Shown here one piece after another: positions 63,499 to 64,000 of a DNA stretch of 64,000 nucleotides. The translations under genes and the position numbers were made by a program. The notes under the pieces were generated by a model, which saw only the letters and a program-made list of their open reading frames with translations, searched no databases and had not been told where the DNA came from. Each line of letters opens with the position of its first letter. The first letter of the stretch is position 1. The stretch lies in contig JAQGDQ010000593.1 in NCBI GenBank assembly GCA_030141605.1, forward strand, positions 62,001 through 126,000. Reading direction: 5' to 3'. This DNA comes from Tubiluchus corallicola (taxonomy: Eukaryota > Animalia > Priapulida).

Positions 63499-64000
63499 TT
63501 TAAGATAGTTAAACTTATCACACAGTTAAAGCGATTCATTGCTGTCTATAGAAGCAGAAAAACTCTCCCAAAATTTACACCACTTGAATGGATTGCCATC
63601 AAATTTGCTTAGCTAGAGCTTACGTAGCTTAACGCTACTTCTGATGCCATTTGCAGACTGATTTGCTCACCAAAACAAGTACTATTACTTCTCGGTTGTA
63701 CCTCAACCTCACCCAATAGTTCATACAGCCTACAATCCATATCGTCAAGTTCATTTTGAATTTCACAGTTATCTTTCTTTCTACATCAAAGTTGTCTGGG
63801 TCCACTAAGTCTACAATAGCCGAGTCTAGTGACTCTTATTTTTCTTTATAGCGTGACAAACGCTCTCTGAGAAATTTCATCTGATGCGATTCAATTTTCC
63901 TATCGCTCCGAACGCTACGACACTTTTCAATTAGCTGGGTAATGTGGCTACGATCTTTTTCACTAATGTACTTATTTTCGACATAGCAGCTTGATTATCC
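63499..64000 (-). mobile_element. degenerate BEL/Pao LTR-retrotransposon gag (DUF1759-like) fragment
   Basis: Minus-strand translation SVKLRKL*LSKFDGNPFKWCKFWESFSASIDSNESL*LCDKFNYLK, with in-frame stops. Confidence 0.8.

Overview
AT-rich, repeat-dense invertebrate-type animal genomic DNA with one 314-N assembly gap. It holds two convergent multi-exon genes. The first is the 3' part of RNF220 (+ strand, 11 coding exons, 17706-28777; its 5' exons were not found in the window). The second is an apparently complete PIGW (- strand, about 10 coding exons, 56705-32936, about 517 aa). Nested antisense in the 8.9-kb PIGW intron (39798-48654) is an intronless ankyrin-repeat + Mab-21/cGAS-like nucleotidyltransferase (cGLR-type) gene at 42350-44770. 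Its catalytic motif is intact, but one in-frame TAA splits the frame, and a cryptic 54-nt GT-AG intron could remove that TAA in frame. The gene lies between TTAA-flanked left and right ends of a piggyBac-like family and has an LTR-like fragment just upstream. Also present are a full-length 5S-rRNA-headed SINE with an RTE-derived body and 9-bp TSD, hAT-, Tigger- and piggyBac-type MITEs, L2-group and RTE-X-like LINE fragments, a BEL/Pao gag relic, LTR-like pieces and many satellites. All calls come from reading the sequence by eye; no database search was run.
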